In this document: one piece after another, positions 38,624-47,413 of the stretch
Layout of the letters: every line of letters starts with the position of its first letter
Position numbering within the stretch: the first letter of the stretch is position 1
From: Acidimicrobiales bacterium
Lineage (GTDB): Bacteria > Actinomycetota > Acidimicrobiia > Acidimicrobiales > DATDAH01
Direction: 5' to 3'
Length of the DNA stretch: 64,000 bases
Assembly: GCA_044221555.1 (NCBI GenBank)
Contig: JBGAOY010000004.1
Span: 185,100 to 249,099 of the forward strand
Notes under the pieces: generated by a model
Told to the model about the DNA's origin: nothing
The model's input: the letters and a program-made list of their open reading frames with translations, nothing else
The model's database searches: none
Position numbers and translations under genes: made by a program

Positions 38624-38986
38624 TCAGGTGTCGAGGAGTGTTCGCACCCGGGCCAGGGTGGCCAGTTGATCGGCGGGCCGGTCGGTGTCAACGGCAGCGC
38701 GGATCACATCTGCCAGCTTCGCCGGGAACTGGCACGGCAGGTCGACCGTGATGCCCCAGACCGTGCGGAAGTTGCCCCGGCCGTCGATCAGCGGCACGCG
38801 GTCCGGCCAGCGCATCAAGCGGCACACGGCCTCGTACCCATAGCGGGGATGGATGCCGTGATCGCGCTCTGCGACGGCCAACAACCTGGTGGTGCGCACC
38901 CGCCGCCGGCGGGGGAGCGCCACCGCAGCGGCAGCCGCCCGCAGCACGCCCACCTCGACGACGCCGAGCCCGGTGCGCTCACTCAT
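38624..38986 (-). CDS. 120-aa protein resembling the N-terminal winged-helix (CAP) segment of GyrA/ParC, lacking the catalytic Tyr
   Basis: By-eye alignment: TGLGVVEVGVLRAA vs DGLKPVHRRVLYAM, HPRYGYEAVCRLMRW vs HPHGDSAVYDTIVRMAQ, and PLIDGRGNFRT vs MLVDGQGNFGS. Own ATG and SD 11 nt after the marC stop. High GC3. Confidence 0.55.
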   Translation of the reverse strand: MSERTGLGVVEVGVLRAAAAAVALPRRRRVRTTRLLAVAERDHGIHPRYGYEAVCRLMRWPDRVPLIDGRGNFRTVWGITVDLPCQFPAKLADVIRAAVDTDRPADQLATLARVRTLLDT

Positions 38987-38997
38987 CCGCTCTCCGC

Positions 38998-39624
38998 CTA
39001 CGCCGCCAGGCCGGGGAAGAGGCCACGCAGGCCGGTGGCGAGGACGCCGAAGGCGATGGCCACCAAGACGATGCCGAAGAGGCGGGTGAGCACCTCCATG
39101 CCGGTGACGCCCAGCCGGCGAGCCACGGGCGCGGCGAACACGTAGACCACCCCCGTGAGCACCGCCATGCCCACGCAGATGGCCGACAGGGCGAGTTGGT
39201 CGGCGGTGTCCGAGTTCGTGCTGGACACCGCCACGATGAAGGCGATGGCGCCGCCGCCCACGTTGAGGGGGATGGCGATCGGCACGACCGCCATGGTGCG
39301 CCAGTGGGTCTCGGGGTCGGCGTCGGCGGCGGGCCCCGGCAGCCCGTGGCCCGACACCATCTGCATGCCCGTCACCAAGAGGATGAGACCGCCGGCCGAC
39401 TGCAGCATCGGCACAGTGACGCCGAGCAGGCTCAGCAGTCGCTCGCCGACGAACACCACGATCACCATCGCCACGGCCATGGCCAGTGCCGCCCGCAGCG
39501 CCACCCTCCGCTGCGTGGGGAGCGGGAGGCCCTTCGTGTACGACAGGAAGGCGCCGACGGTCGTGGGCGGGCTCTGGATGGCGAACAGGCCGGTGGCGAA
39601 GAGCAGCAACTCGTGGCCCGTCAC
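38998..39624 (-). CDS. marC: MarC-family (UPF0056) integral membrane protein
   Basis: 208 aa, six predicted TM helices. LFAIQSPPTTVGAFL, and IPLNVGGGAI. Confidence 0.8.
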   Translation of the reverse strand: MTGHELLLFATGLFAIQSPPTTVGAFLSYTKGLPLPTQRRVALRAALAMAVAMVIVVFVGERLLSLLGVTVPMLQSAGGLILLVTGMQMVSGHGLPGPAADADPETHWRTMAVVPIAIPLNVGGGAIAFIVAVSSTNSDTADQLALSAICVGMAVLTGVVYVFAAPVARRLGVTGMEVLTRLFGIVLVAIAFGVLATGLRGLFPGLAA

Positions 39625-39764
39625 GGGTATGGGCTAGCACGCCGAGCGAACTCGGGTGTTCTGGCGCCCGATTCCGTCGCCAGGGCCACCGGATCAGGCG
39701 CCAGTTCGGGGATCTGAGCGGATGTCACGCCGGGGGTGCGCGGTGCCGCCCGTAAGATCAGCCG

Positions 39765-41177
39765 ATGGCCAAGCCCCCCGTGTTGACCCCGCAGGCCGAC
39801 GACTTCCCCCGCTGGTACCAGGACGTCATCGCCAAGGCCGAGCTGGCCGACAACGGACCGGTGCGGGGCACGATGGTCATCCGCCCCTACGGCTACGCCC
39901 TGTGGGAGCGCATGCAGGCCGAGGTCGACCGCCGCATCAAGGACGCCGGCGCGCAGAACGCGTACTTCCCGCTGTTCATCCCCATGGACTACTTCCAGCG
40001 CGAGGCCGAGCACGTCGAGGGGTTCAGCCCCGAGTTGGCGGTGGTCACCATCGGCGGCGGCAAGGAGCTCGAGGAGCCCATCGCCATCCGCCCCACGAGC
40101 GAGACGGTGATCAACCACTTCTTCGCCAAGTGGATCCAGAGCTACCGCGACCTGCCCCTGCTGGTGAACAACTGGTCGAACGTCGTGCGGTGGGAGATGC
40201 GCCCGCGTCTGTTCCTGCGCACCACCGAGTTCCTCTGGCAGGAGGGCCACACCTGCCACGCCAGCCACGAGGACGCCCGCGACTACGCCCGGCGCATCCT
40301 GCACGACGTGTACGAGGACTTCATGGTGAACGTCCTCGCCGTGCCCGTCCACACCGGCCGGAAGTCGGCCAGCGAGCGCTTCGCGGGCGCCATCAACACG
40401 CTGGCCTGCGAGGCGATGATGCGGGACGGCAAGGCCCTGCAGATGGGCACCAGCCACGAGCTGGGCCAGAACTTCGCGAAGGCCTTCGACGTCACCTACC
40501 TCGACGCCGGCGGCGAGCAGCAGCACGCCTGGCAGACCTCGTGGGGTGTGTCCACCCGCATGGTGGGCGGCCTGATCATGACCCACGGCGACGACAAGGG
40601 CCTCAAGGTGCCGCCCGCCCTCGCGCCCGTGCAGGCGGTGGTGCTGGCGGTGCGCGACGACGTGGAGGTCCTGGAGACGACCGCCCGGTTGGCCGCCGAG
40701 CTGCGGGACCACGGGGTCCGTGTCGAGCTCGACCAGCGCACCGACGTGTCGTTCGGCCGTCGCTCGACCGACTGGGAGATCAAGGGCGTGCCGGTGCGCG
40801 TCGAGGTGGGCCCCCGCGACCTCGCGGAGGGCAACGTCACCCTGGTCGATCGCGACCGGGGCGAGAAGACCCCCATCCACCTCGCTGGTGTGCCCGGCGC
40901 GGTCAAGGTGGCGCTCGACACCACCCAGGCCAACCTGCTCCGCGACGCCACCGAGCGGCGCGACACGGCCACAGCCGACGTGGCGGGGGTGGACGAGGCC
41001 CTCGAGGCCGCCGCCACCGGGTTCGCCCGCATCCCGTGGGCGGCCCTCGGGGAGCAGGGCGAGGCCAGGCTGGGGGACAAGGCGGTGACGGTGCGCTGCC
41101 TCCAGCGCGCCGACGGGTCGGTGCCCGACGCCGACGACGAGCCCGACCTGGTCGCCATCGTCGGCCGCTCCTACTGA
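39765..41177 (+). CDS. proS: Prolyl-tRNA synthetase, archaeal/eukaryote-like architecture (no INS editing domain, C-terminal Tyr)
   Basis: 470 aa. FPRWYQDVI..AEL, class II motifs, ends ...GRSY. Confidence 0.93.
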   Translation: MAKPPVLTPQADDFPRWYQDVIAKAELADNGPVRGTMVIRPYGYALWERMQAEVDRRIKDAGAQNAYFPLFIPMDYFQREAEHVEGFSPELAVVTIGGGKELEEPIAIRPTSETVINHFFAKWIQSYRDLPLLVNNWSNVVRWEMRPRLFLRTTEFLWQEGHTCHASHEDARDYARRILHDVYEDFMVNVLAVPVHTGRKSASERFAGAINTLACEAMMRDGKALQMGTSHELGQNFAKAFDVTYLDAGGEQQHAWQTSWGVSTRMVGGLIMTHGDDKGLKVPPALAPVQAVVLAVRDDVEVLETTARLAAELRDHGVRVELDQRTDVSFGRRSTDWEIKGVPVRVEVGPRDLAEGNVTLVDRDRGEKTPIHLAGVPGAVKVALDTTQANLLRDATERRDTATADVAGVDEALEAAATGFARIPWAALGEQGEARLGDKAVTVRCLQRADGSVPDADDEPDLVAIVGRSY

Positions 41178-41209
41178 CCCGCCCAGGGCCGCCAGTGGCC
41201 GCCGTCATC

Positions 41210-41283
41210 TGAGGTGGCGGAGCGGAGCGGAGCCGCGGTGAGGGCGAACCGGATGCCGAAGGCGCTCCGAGGGACGAGGAGCC
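41210..41283 (-). repeat. Solo inverted copy of the ftsY-downstream repeat element
   Basis: The reverse complement reads GGCTCCTCGTCCCTCGGAGCGCCTTCGGCATCCGGTTCGCCCTCACCGCGGCTCCGCTCCGCTCCGCCACCTCA. This matches the core at 11558-11852. Begins 33 nt after the proS stop. Confidence 0.75.
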
Positions 41284-41336
41284 AATGTGGTGCCCCTCCG
41301 CTATACTTTCGCTGTCTTTAGTTCGAGTTTGTCCGG

Positions 41337-41370
41337 AAAGGCGTGGGCTCGGCCCACGCCTTTGGTTTCT
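41337..41370 (+). terminator. Canonical intrinsic terminator (11-12 bp GC stem, 3-nt loop, T-rich tail) just upstream of the rimP SD
   Basis: AAAGGCGTGGGC-tcg-GCCCACGCCTTT followed by GGTTTCT. Confidence 0.6.
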
Positions 41371-41392
41371 CTCCTGGGAGGTGTGTGCGCAA

Positions 41393-41938
41393 GTGAGCTC
41401 CGTCGAACGCCTCCGCGCGCTCATCGTCCCCTTGGTCGACGACGCCGGCCTCGAGCTCTACGACATCGACCAGTCGGGCTCCACCCTGCAGGTGCTGGTC
41501 ACCCGGCCCGGCGGCATCGACGTCGACGCCCTCACCCGGCTGAGCCGGGCGGTCTCACGCACCCTCGACGAGCACGACCCGATCCCCGGGAAGTACCTGC
41601 TCGAGGTCTCCAGCCCCGGGCTCGAGCGTCCGCTACGGCGGCCCGAGCACTACCAGGGGGCCGTCGGCACCGAGGTGACGGTGAAGACCGTGGCCGGCAC
41701 CGAGGGCGACCGGCGGGTGCGGGGTGTGCTGGTCGACGCTGACCACGAGGCGGCCACCGTCGCCCTCGCCGACGGCACCCAGCGCCGGATCGACTATCGC
41801 GACATCGAACGGGCCCGAACCGTCTTCGAGTGGCAGGCCACTCCGAAAGACGCCGCCCGGGCCCACCCCCAGAACCGCCCGACGACCAACGCCAGCCGCG
41901 CCGCCACCGCAGCGCCGACCCAGAGGAGCGGGACATGA
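41393..41938 (+). CDS. rimP: Ribosome maturation factor RimP
   Basis: GTG 41393 lies 11 nt after GGGAGG. YLLEVSSPGLERPL. Confidence 0.85.
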   Translation: MSSVERLRALIVPLVDDAGLELYDIDQSGSTLQVLVTRPGGIDVDALTRLSRAVSRTLDEHDPIPGKYLLEVSSPGLERPLRRPEHYQGAVGTEVTVKTVAGTEGDRRVRGVLVDADHEAATVALADGTQRRIDYRDIERARTVFEWQATPKDAARAHPQNRPTTNASRAATAAPTQRSGT

Positions 41939-43341
41939 GTGAAGCCAACCCAGAGATGATGGACGCCCTCCAGGCGTTGGCGATCGACAAGGGCATCTCG
42001 GTGGAGGTGCTGTTCGGAGCGCTCGCCGACGCCCTGGAATCCGCCTACAAGCGGATGCCCGACGCTCACGAGTACGCCTGGGTGACGATCGACCCCGACA
42101 CCTTCGAGATCAGCGTGTTCGCCCAGGACCTCGACGAAGAGGGCGAGCCGGTGGGGGACGAGTTCGACGTCACCCCCGACGACTTCGGGCGCATCGCCGC
42201 CCAGACGGCGAAGCAGGTGATGCTGCAGCGCATCCGCGAGGCCGAGCGCGAGATGAAGTACGAGGAGTACGCCGGCCGCGAGGGCGACATCGTCACCGGC
42301 ATCATCCAGCAGAGCGACTCGCGCTACACGCTGCTCGACCTCGGTCGGGTGGAGGCACTGCTGCCGCAGGCCGAGCAGGTGCCCTACGAGCGCCCCGAGG
42401 CCAACACCAGGGTGAAGGCCTACATCGTCGAGGTGCGCAAGACCGCCAAGGGCCCCCAGATCGTGGTCAGCCGCACCCATCCCGGCCTCATCAAGCGCCT
42501 GTTCGAGCTCGAGGTGCCCGAGATCGCCGACGGCGTGGTGGAGATCAAGGCCTGCGCCCGCGAGCCCGGGCACCGCACGAAGATCGCGGTGTGGTCGAAC
42601 GACTCCAACGTCGATCCCGTGGGTGCCTGCGTCGGTGCCCGGGGCGCGAGGGTGCGCATGGTGGTCAACGAGTTGCGGGGCGAGAAGATCGACATCGTCC
42701 CGTTCTCGGAGGAGCCTGCCGACCTGGTGATGAAGGCGCTGTCGCCGGCCAAGGTGAAAGAGGTGCGGCTCGACGACGAGACCGGCACGGCCGAGGTGAT
42801 CGTCCCCGACTACCAGCTGTCGCTGGCCATCGGCAAGGAGGGCCAGAACGCCCGCCTGGCCGCCCGTCTCACGGGCTGGCGGGTCGACATCAAGAGCGAG
42901 ACCCAACTGGCCGAGGAAGAGGCCTACGCCAGCGAGGAATGGGCCGAGGGCGAGTGGGTCACCGATCCCACCTCCGGTGAGCAGATGTGGGTGCCCGCCG
43001 AGGGCGGCCCCGCACTGTCCGCCGAGGCGTGGCAGGCCGGCGACGCCGAGCCGGGCGAGGGCGAGGCCGCCGAGGGCGAGGCCGCCCCGGATGAGGGCGC
43101 CCCGGATGAGGCCGCCTCGGATGAGGCTGCCACTGATGAAGCCGCCTCGGGCGAGGCTGCCACTGATGAGGCGGCCACGGACGAGGCCACTGACGCCGAC
43201 GCCGACGCCGGCGAGGGTGGCGCTGCCGAGCCGGCCCCGGAGGCGGCCGAGGCGACCGCCGACACCGCCGAGGGCGACGCCGACACGGCCGGGGGCGACG
43301 CCGCCCCCTCCGAGGCCGACGCCAGCGAGCCGGAGGCCTGA
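41935..43341 (+). CDS. nusA: Transcription termination/antitermination factor NusA with ~120-aa acidic repeat tail
   Basis: ATGA overlap with rimP. S1 plus two KH domains (LSLAIGKEGQNARLAARLTGWRVDI). The tail is rich in DEAA(S/T) repeats. Confidence 0.95.
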   Translation: MSEANPEMMDALQALAIDKGISVEVLFGALADALESAYKRMPDAHEYAWVTIDPDTFEISVFAQDLDEEGEPVGDEFDVTPDDFGRIAAQTAKQVMLQRIREAEREMKYEEYAGREGDIVTGIIQQSDSRYTLLDLGRVEALLPQAEQVPYERPEANTRVKAYIVEVRKTAKGPQIVVSRTHPGLIKRLFELEVPEIADGVVEIKACAREPGHRTKIAVWSNDSNVDPVGACVGARGARVRMVVNELRGEKIDIVPFSEEPADLVMKALSPAKVKEVRLDDETGTAEVIVPDYQLSLAIGKEGQNARLAARLTGWRVDIKSETQLAEEEAYASEEWAEGEWVTDPTSGEQMWVPAEGGPALSAEAWQAGDAEPGEGEAAEGEAAPDEGAPDEAASDEAATDEAASGEAATDEAATDEATDADADAGEGGAAEPAPEAAEATADTAEGDADTAGGDAAPSEADASEPEA

Positions 43342-43379
43342 TCCTGGAGGTCGCGACCACCGCGTCTCGAACCGCGCCC

Positions 43380-43691
43380 GTGCGGACCTGCATCGGGTGC
43401 CGGAGGACGGCGAGCCCTGCCGAGTTGGTGCGGGTCGTCCGCAGGGTGGACGGAACCCTGGCGGTCGGCCGTACACTGTCGGGTCGGGGCGCCTGGCTGT
43501 GCGCCGGGTCCGCCGCCTGCCTGGAGCAGGCCCGGGACCGGAACGCGTTCGGGCGTGCCCTTCGAGGCCCGGTCAGCGAGACCGCTCTCGACGATGTGAC
43601 CGCCGAGCTCCTGCCGGTACCGGTAACAAACTCCTTTCGCGGCGCCGGGATCGGCCGCGCGAGGATTGATCTGAAGCAATCGAAAGGCTGA
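43380..43691 (+). CDS. ylxR: YlxR/DUF448 family RNA-binding protein
   Basis: RTCIGCR...GRGAWLC motif. Conserved position between nusA and infB. Confidence 0.85.
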   Translation: MRTCIGCRRTASPAELVRVVRRVDGTLAVGRTLSGRGAWLCAGSAACLEQARDRNAFGRALRGPVSETALDDVTAELLPVPVTNSFRGAGIGRARIDLKQSKG

Positions 43692-43701
43692 GAGAACCCC
43701 A

Positions 43702-46641
43702 GTGGCGTCAAGTATCCGCGTGTACGAGCTGGCTCGAGAGCTCGGGCTCACCAACAAGGAGACGCTCGACCTCTGCGACGCGCTCGGGATCGGGGTCAAG
43801 AGCCACTCGTCGAGCGTGGTCGAGGCCCAGGCGGACCGTGTCCGGCGCAAGGCCGAACGCGAAGGGCTGATCCGCGAGACCCAACCCGAAGAGCCCGAGG
43901 TCGCCAAGCCCGTCTCGAAGACGGCCAAGGCCGCCGAGGCGGCCAAGTCCACCAAGGCGCCCGCCAAGAAGGCGGCGGCCAAGAAGGTCGCCGCGCCCGA
44001 GGCCCCCGCGGCGGCGGCCCCGCCCGCCGAGGCCCCCGTCGCCGAGAAGGCCGCGCCTGCCGCGAAGGCCGCGCCCGCCGAGATGCCGGCGCCGGCCGAG
44101 CCGGTGGCACCCGCCGCGACGACCGCGCCCGCCCCGGCTGCGGTCGAGCCCGCCGCTGCATCTGTCGAAGCGCCTGCGGCCGCTGCCGAGTCCACGCCCG
44201 ACGCCGCCCCAGAGCCGCCCGCCGCGCCCCGGCGCGTGGTGCGCTCGAGTGGCAGCGAGCACCCGCCCCGCCGCGACGACGAGCCCGGTCTCGGTGCCGC
44301 CGCCGCCGCCCGCCCCACACCCCCCACCCCCGCCGCGCCCTCGGCGCCGCCCGCCGCGGCCTCCCCGCCACCGGTGTCGGTGGGCGCCCCCGCGGCCCAG
44401 CCGCCGGCCAGCGCCGCCGCGGCCCAGCCGCCGGCCAGCGCCGCCGCGGCCGGCGCCGCGTCAGGGCCGGAGGCGCCTGCCCGTCCGCCCACCTCGCCCA
44501 GCGGCAAGCCCATCCCGCCGCCCCCGGGCCCGATCTCGCGTTCGGGCAAGCCCATCCCGCCGCCCCCGGGCGCCGGGGGCCGTGGCCCCGCCGCCGCCCG
44601 TCCGTCCGGTGGGCCCCGCCCCGGTGGTGGCGGCGTCGGCCGTCCGCGTCCGCCCATGGGGGGTCCGCGCCAGTCCGTGCCCGGTGCCGGCCCGGCCCCC
44701 GGCCGCCCCGGTGGCGGGGGAGGCCCCGGCGGTGGCCGTGGCGGCCCGCAGCGCCCGCCGCGCCGTCGCAAGGGGCGTCGTCGCCGCAGCCGTGAGGAGC
44801 TGCAGCCGATCGACATGCCCGTCTACACGCCCACCGATGCGGAGGTGCCCGAGGGCGTCATCGTCATCGAGCGGGCCACCACCCCCATCGAGCTGGGCCC
44901 CAAGATCAACCGCACGGCCGCCGATGTCGTTCGCTTCCTCATGCAGCAGGGCGAGATGGTCACGGCCACCCAGTCGCTGTCCGACGAGATGATCGAGCTG
45001 TTCGCGGCGGAGATCGGCGCCGAGATCCGCCTCGTCGACCCCGGCGAGGAGCAGGAGGTCGAGCTCCAGAAGCTCCTCATGCTGCCCGACGAGGACGAGG
45101 AGGAGGACGACCCCGACGCGGTGGAGCGTCCCCCGGTCATCACCGTGATGGGCCACGTCGACCACGGCAAGACCAAGCTCCTCGACCGCATCCGCTCGGC
45201 CAACGTGGTCGAGGGCGAGGCCGGCGGCATCACCCAGCACATCGGCGCCTACCAGGTCGACCACAACGGCAGGCCGATCACCTTCATCGACACGCCGGGC
45301 CACGAGGCGTTCACCGCCATGCGCTCCCGGGGTGCCAACGCCACCGACATCGTGGTGCTGGTGGTCGCCGCCGACGACGGCGTCATGCCCCAGACCGTCG
45401 AGGCGCTCGACCACGCCCGTGCCGCGGACGTGCCGATCGTGGTCGCGATCAACAAGATCGACCGTGAGAACGCCGACCCCACCCGGGTGATGACCCAGCT
45501 CAGCGAGCGGGGCCTCACCCCCGAGGAGTGGAGCGGCGACACCGTCATGGTGCCCGTCTCCGCGCTCACCGGCGACGGCGTCGACGACCTGATCGAGAAC
45601 CTGCTCGTGGTGGCCGAGGTCGAGGACCTGCGGGCCAACCCCAACGGGCGCGCCCAGGGCGTGGTGCTCGAGGCCAACCTCGACACCGGCCGCGGCCCCG
45701 TTGCCACGGTGCTGGTCCAGCGGGGCACCCTCAAGGTCGGTGACCCGCTCGTCGCCGGCGCCACATGGGGCCGTGTCCGGGCACTCATCGACGACACCGG
45801 CAAGCAGGTCAAGGAGGCCGGCCCCTCGGCCCCCGTCCAGGTGCTGGGCCTCTCCGACGTGGCCGCCGCGGGTGACGACTTCGTGGTCGCCCCCGACGAG
45901 AAGACGGCCCGCAACGTGGCCGACACCCGCGAGCACTGGCACCGGGTCGCCAACATCGGGCGTGAGGCCCACGCGATGAGCGGTGGCGCCAAGCTCGAGG
46001 ACATCTTCCAGCAGATCCAGGCCGGCGAGCCGGCCACCCTCAACCTCATCGTCAAGGCCGACGTGAACGGCTCGCTCGAGGCCCTCACCGGCAGCCTCAA
46101 GAAGCTCGAGCGTGACGAGGTCAAGCTCTCGTTCGTCCTGCGCGGCGTGGGTGGGATCACCATCTCCGACGTGGAGCTGGCCGCCGCGTCCGACGCCACC
46201 ATCATCGGCTTCAACGTGCGACCCGACCGCAAGGGCCGTGAGCTGGCCGAGCACGAGGGCGTCGAGATCCGCACCTACGAGGTCATCTACCAGGTCCTCG
46301 AGGACATCGAGAACGCCATGGTGGGCATGCTCGAGCCCGAGTACGAAGAGGTCGTCACCGGCGACGCCGAGGTGCGCGAGATCTTCCGCGTTCCCCGTAT
46401 CGGCGCGATCGCGGGGTGCATGGTGCAGAACGGCGTCATCACCCGGGGCTCGAAGGTGCGCTTCCTCCGGGAGGGCACCATCATCTGGAAGGGCAGCATC
46501 ACGTCCCTGCGCCGCTTCAAGGACGATGTCCGCGAGGTGGCGGCCGGGTTCGAGTGCGGCATCGGCCTCTCCGACTTCCAGGACCTCAAGCCCGGCGACG
46601 TGATCGAGACCTACGAGGAGCGGGAGATCCCCCGCTCGTAG
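43702..46641 (+). CDS. infB: Translation initiation factor IF-2
   Basis: [11 protein letters not shown]-terminus, Ala/Pro-rich linker, and G domain [22 protein letters not shown] and NKID. Confidence 0.97.
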   Translation: MASSIRVYELARELGLTNKETLDLCDALGIGVKSHSSSVVEAQADRVRRKAEREGLIRETQPEEPEVAKPVSKTAKAAEAAKSTKAPAKKAAAKKVAAPEAPAAAAPPAEAPVAEKAAPAAKAAPAEMPAPAEPVAPAATTAPAPAAVEPAAASVEAPAAAAESTPDAAPEPPAAPRRVVRSSGSEHPPRRDDEPGLGAAAAARPTPPTPAAPSAPPAAASPPPVSVGAPAAQPPASAAAAQPPASAAAAGAASGPEAPARPPTSPSGKPIPPPPGPISRSGKPIPPPPGAGGRGPAAARPSGGPRPGGGGVGRPRPPMGGPRQSVPGAGPAPGRPGGGGGPGGGRGGPQRPPRRRKGRRRRSREELQPIDMPVYTPTDAEVPEGVIVIERATTPIELGPKINRTAADVVRFLMQQGEMVTATQSLSDEMIELFAAEIGAEIRLVDPGEEQEVELQKLLMLPDEDEEEDDPDAVERPPVITVMGHVDHGKTKLLDRIRSANVVEGEAGGITQHIGAYQVDHNGRPITFIDTPGHEAFTAMRSRGANATDIVVLVVAADDGVMPQTVEALDHARAADVPIVVAINKIDRENADPTRVMTQLSERGLTPEEWSGDTVMVPVSALTGDGVDDLIENLLVVAEVEDLRANPNGRAQGVVLEANLDTGRGPVATVLVQRGTLKVGDPLVAGATWGRVRALIDDTGKQVKEAGPSAPVQVLGLSDVAAAGDDFVVAPDEKTARNVADTREHWHRVANIGREAHAMSGGAKLEDIFQQIQAGEPATLNLIVKADVNGSLEALTGSLKKLERDEVKLSFVLRGVGGITISDVELAAASDATIIGFNVRPDRKGRELAEHEGVEIRTYEVIYQVLEDIENAMVGMLEPEYEEVVTGDAEVREIFRVPRIGAIAGCMVQNGVITRGSKVRFLREGTIIWKGSITSLRRFKDDVREVAAGFECGIGLSDFQDLKPGDVIETYEEREIPRS

Positions 46642-46668
46642 CCTCCGGCCCCGCGGAGCCCCGACGCC

Positions 46669-46959
46669 ATGCACGTCCTCGCGCTGTCCGTCGAGCTCCA
46701 CCTGTCCGAGTGCCGATCGTTGAAGGCCAAGCGGTCGGTGCTCAAGCCCGTGGTGGAGGGCGCCCGCCGGCGCTTCGGGGTGGCCGTGGCCGAGACGGAC
46801 CACCAGAACACGTGGCAGCGGGCCACCATCGGGGTTGCGGCGGTGTCGGGCACGGCGAGCCACGCCCAGGAGTTGATCGACGAGGTGGAGCGGTTCATCT
46901 GGTCGTTTCCCGACCTGCACGTCCTTTCCGCCACGCGCACCTGGATGGAGTTCGACTGA
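46669..46959 (+). CDS. DUF503 family protein
   Basis: 96 aa. SLKAKRSV motif. Conserved infB-rbfA position. Confidence 0.8.
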   Translation: MHVLALSVELHLSECRSLKAKRSVLKPVVEGARRRFGVAVAETDHQNTWQRATIGVAAVSGTASHAQELIDEVERFIWSFPDLHVLSATRTWMEFD

Positions 46960-46960
46960 C

Positions 46961-47413
46961 ATGGCTCGACGACCCCGCTCGCGATCACGCGACTACCCCC
47001 GCACCGCCCGGCTGAACGAGTTGCTCCGCGAGATCATCGCGGAGGCGCTCGAGCGGATCGACGACGATCGCCTGCAGTTGGTGACGGTGATCTCGGTGGA
47101 CGTCGACTCGGACCTGCACCGCGCCGTGGTGTACGTGGCCGGTCTGGACGAGTCCGCCGACGACGAGATGCTCGAGGCCCTTGCCGAGGTGCGCGTGCGG
47201 GTGCAGGGCGCGGTGGCGCGCCAGGCCCGGCTGAAACGCGTGCCCGAGGTGGTGTTCCGCATCGACGAGGTGCTGCGCTCGGCCGCGCGCATCGACGACC
47301 TGTTGCGGGACAACCCCGTCACCGAGTCCCCTGACGGCCCCGGCGAGGTGGGCGGTCCCGGTGGTGCGGGCGGTCCTGACGGCGCGGTCGCCGACGCAGA
47401 GCCTGAGGCGTGA
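46961..47413 (+). CDS. rbfA: Ribosome-binding factor A
   Basis: RLNELLREIIAEAL, and VTVISVDVDSDLHRAVVYV. Confidence 0.9.
   Translation: MARRPRSRSRDYPRTARLNELLREIIAEALERIDDDRLQLVTVISVDVDSDLHRAVVYVAGLDESADDEMLEALAEVRVRVQGAVARQARLKRVPEVVFRIDEVLRSAARIDDLLRDNPVTESPDGPGEVGGPGGAGGPDGAVADAEPEA

Noticed and set aside
38573-39145. 190-aa plus-strand ORF
   Set aside because: It is antisense to the GyrA-like ORF and marC and has a His/Arg/Pro/Ala-rich translation. The minus-strand genes have coherent TM and motif structure.
42924-46962. 630-aa and 833-aa minus-strand ORFs
   Set aside because: They are antisense to nusA and infB and have repetitive Ala/Gly/Pro/Arg translations. The real genes on the plus strand are certain.
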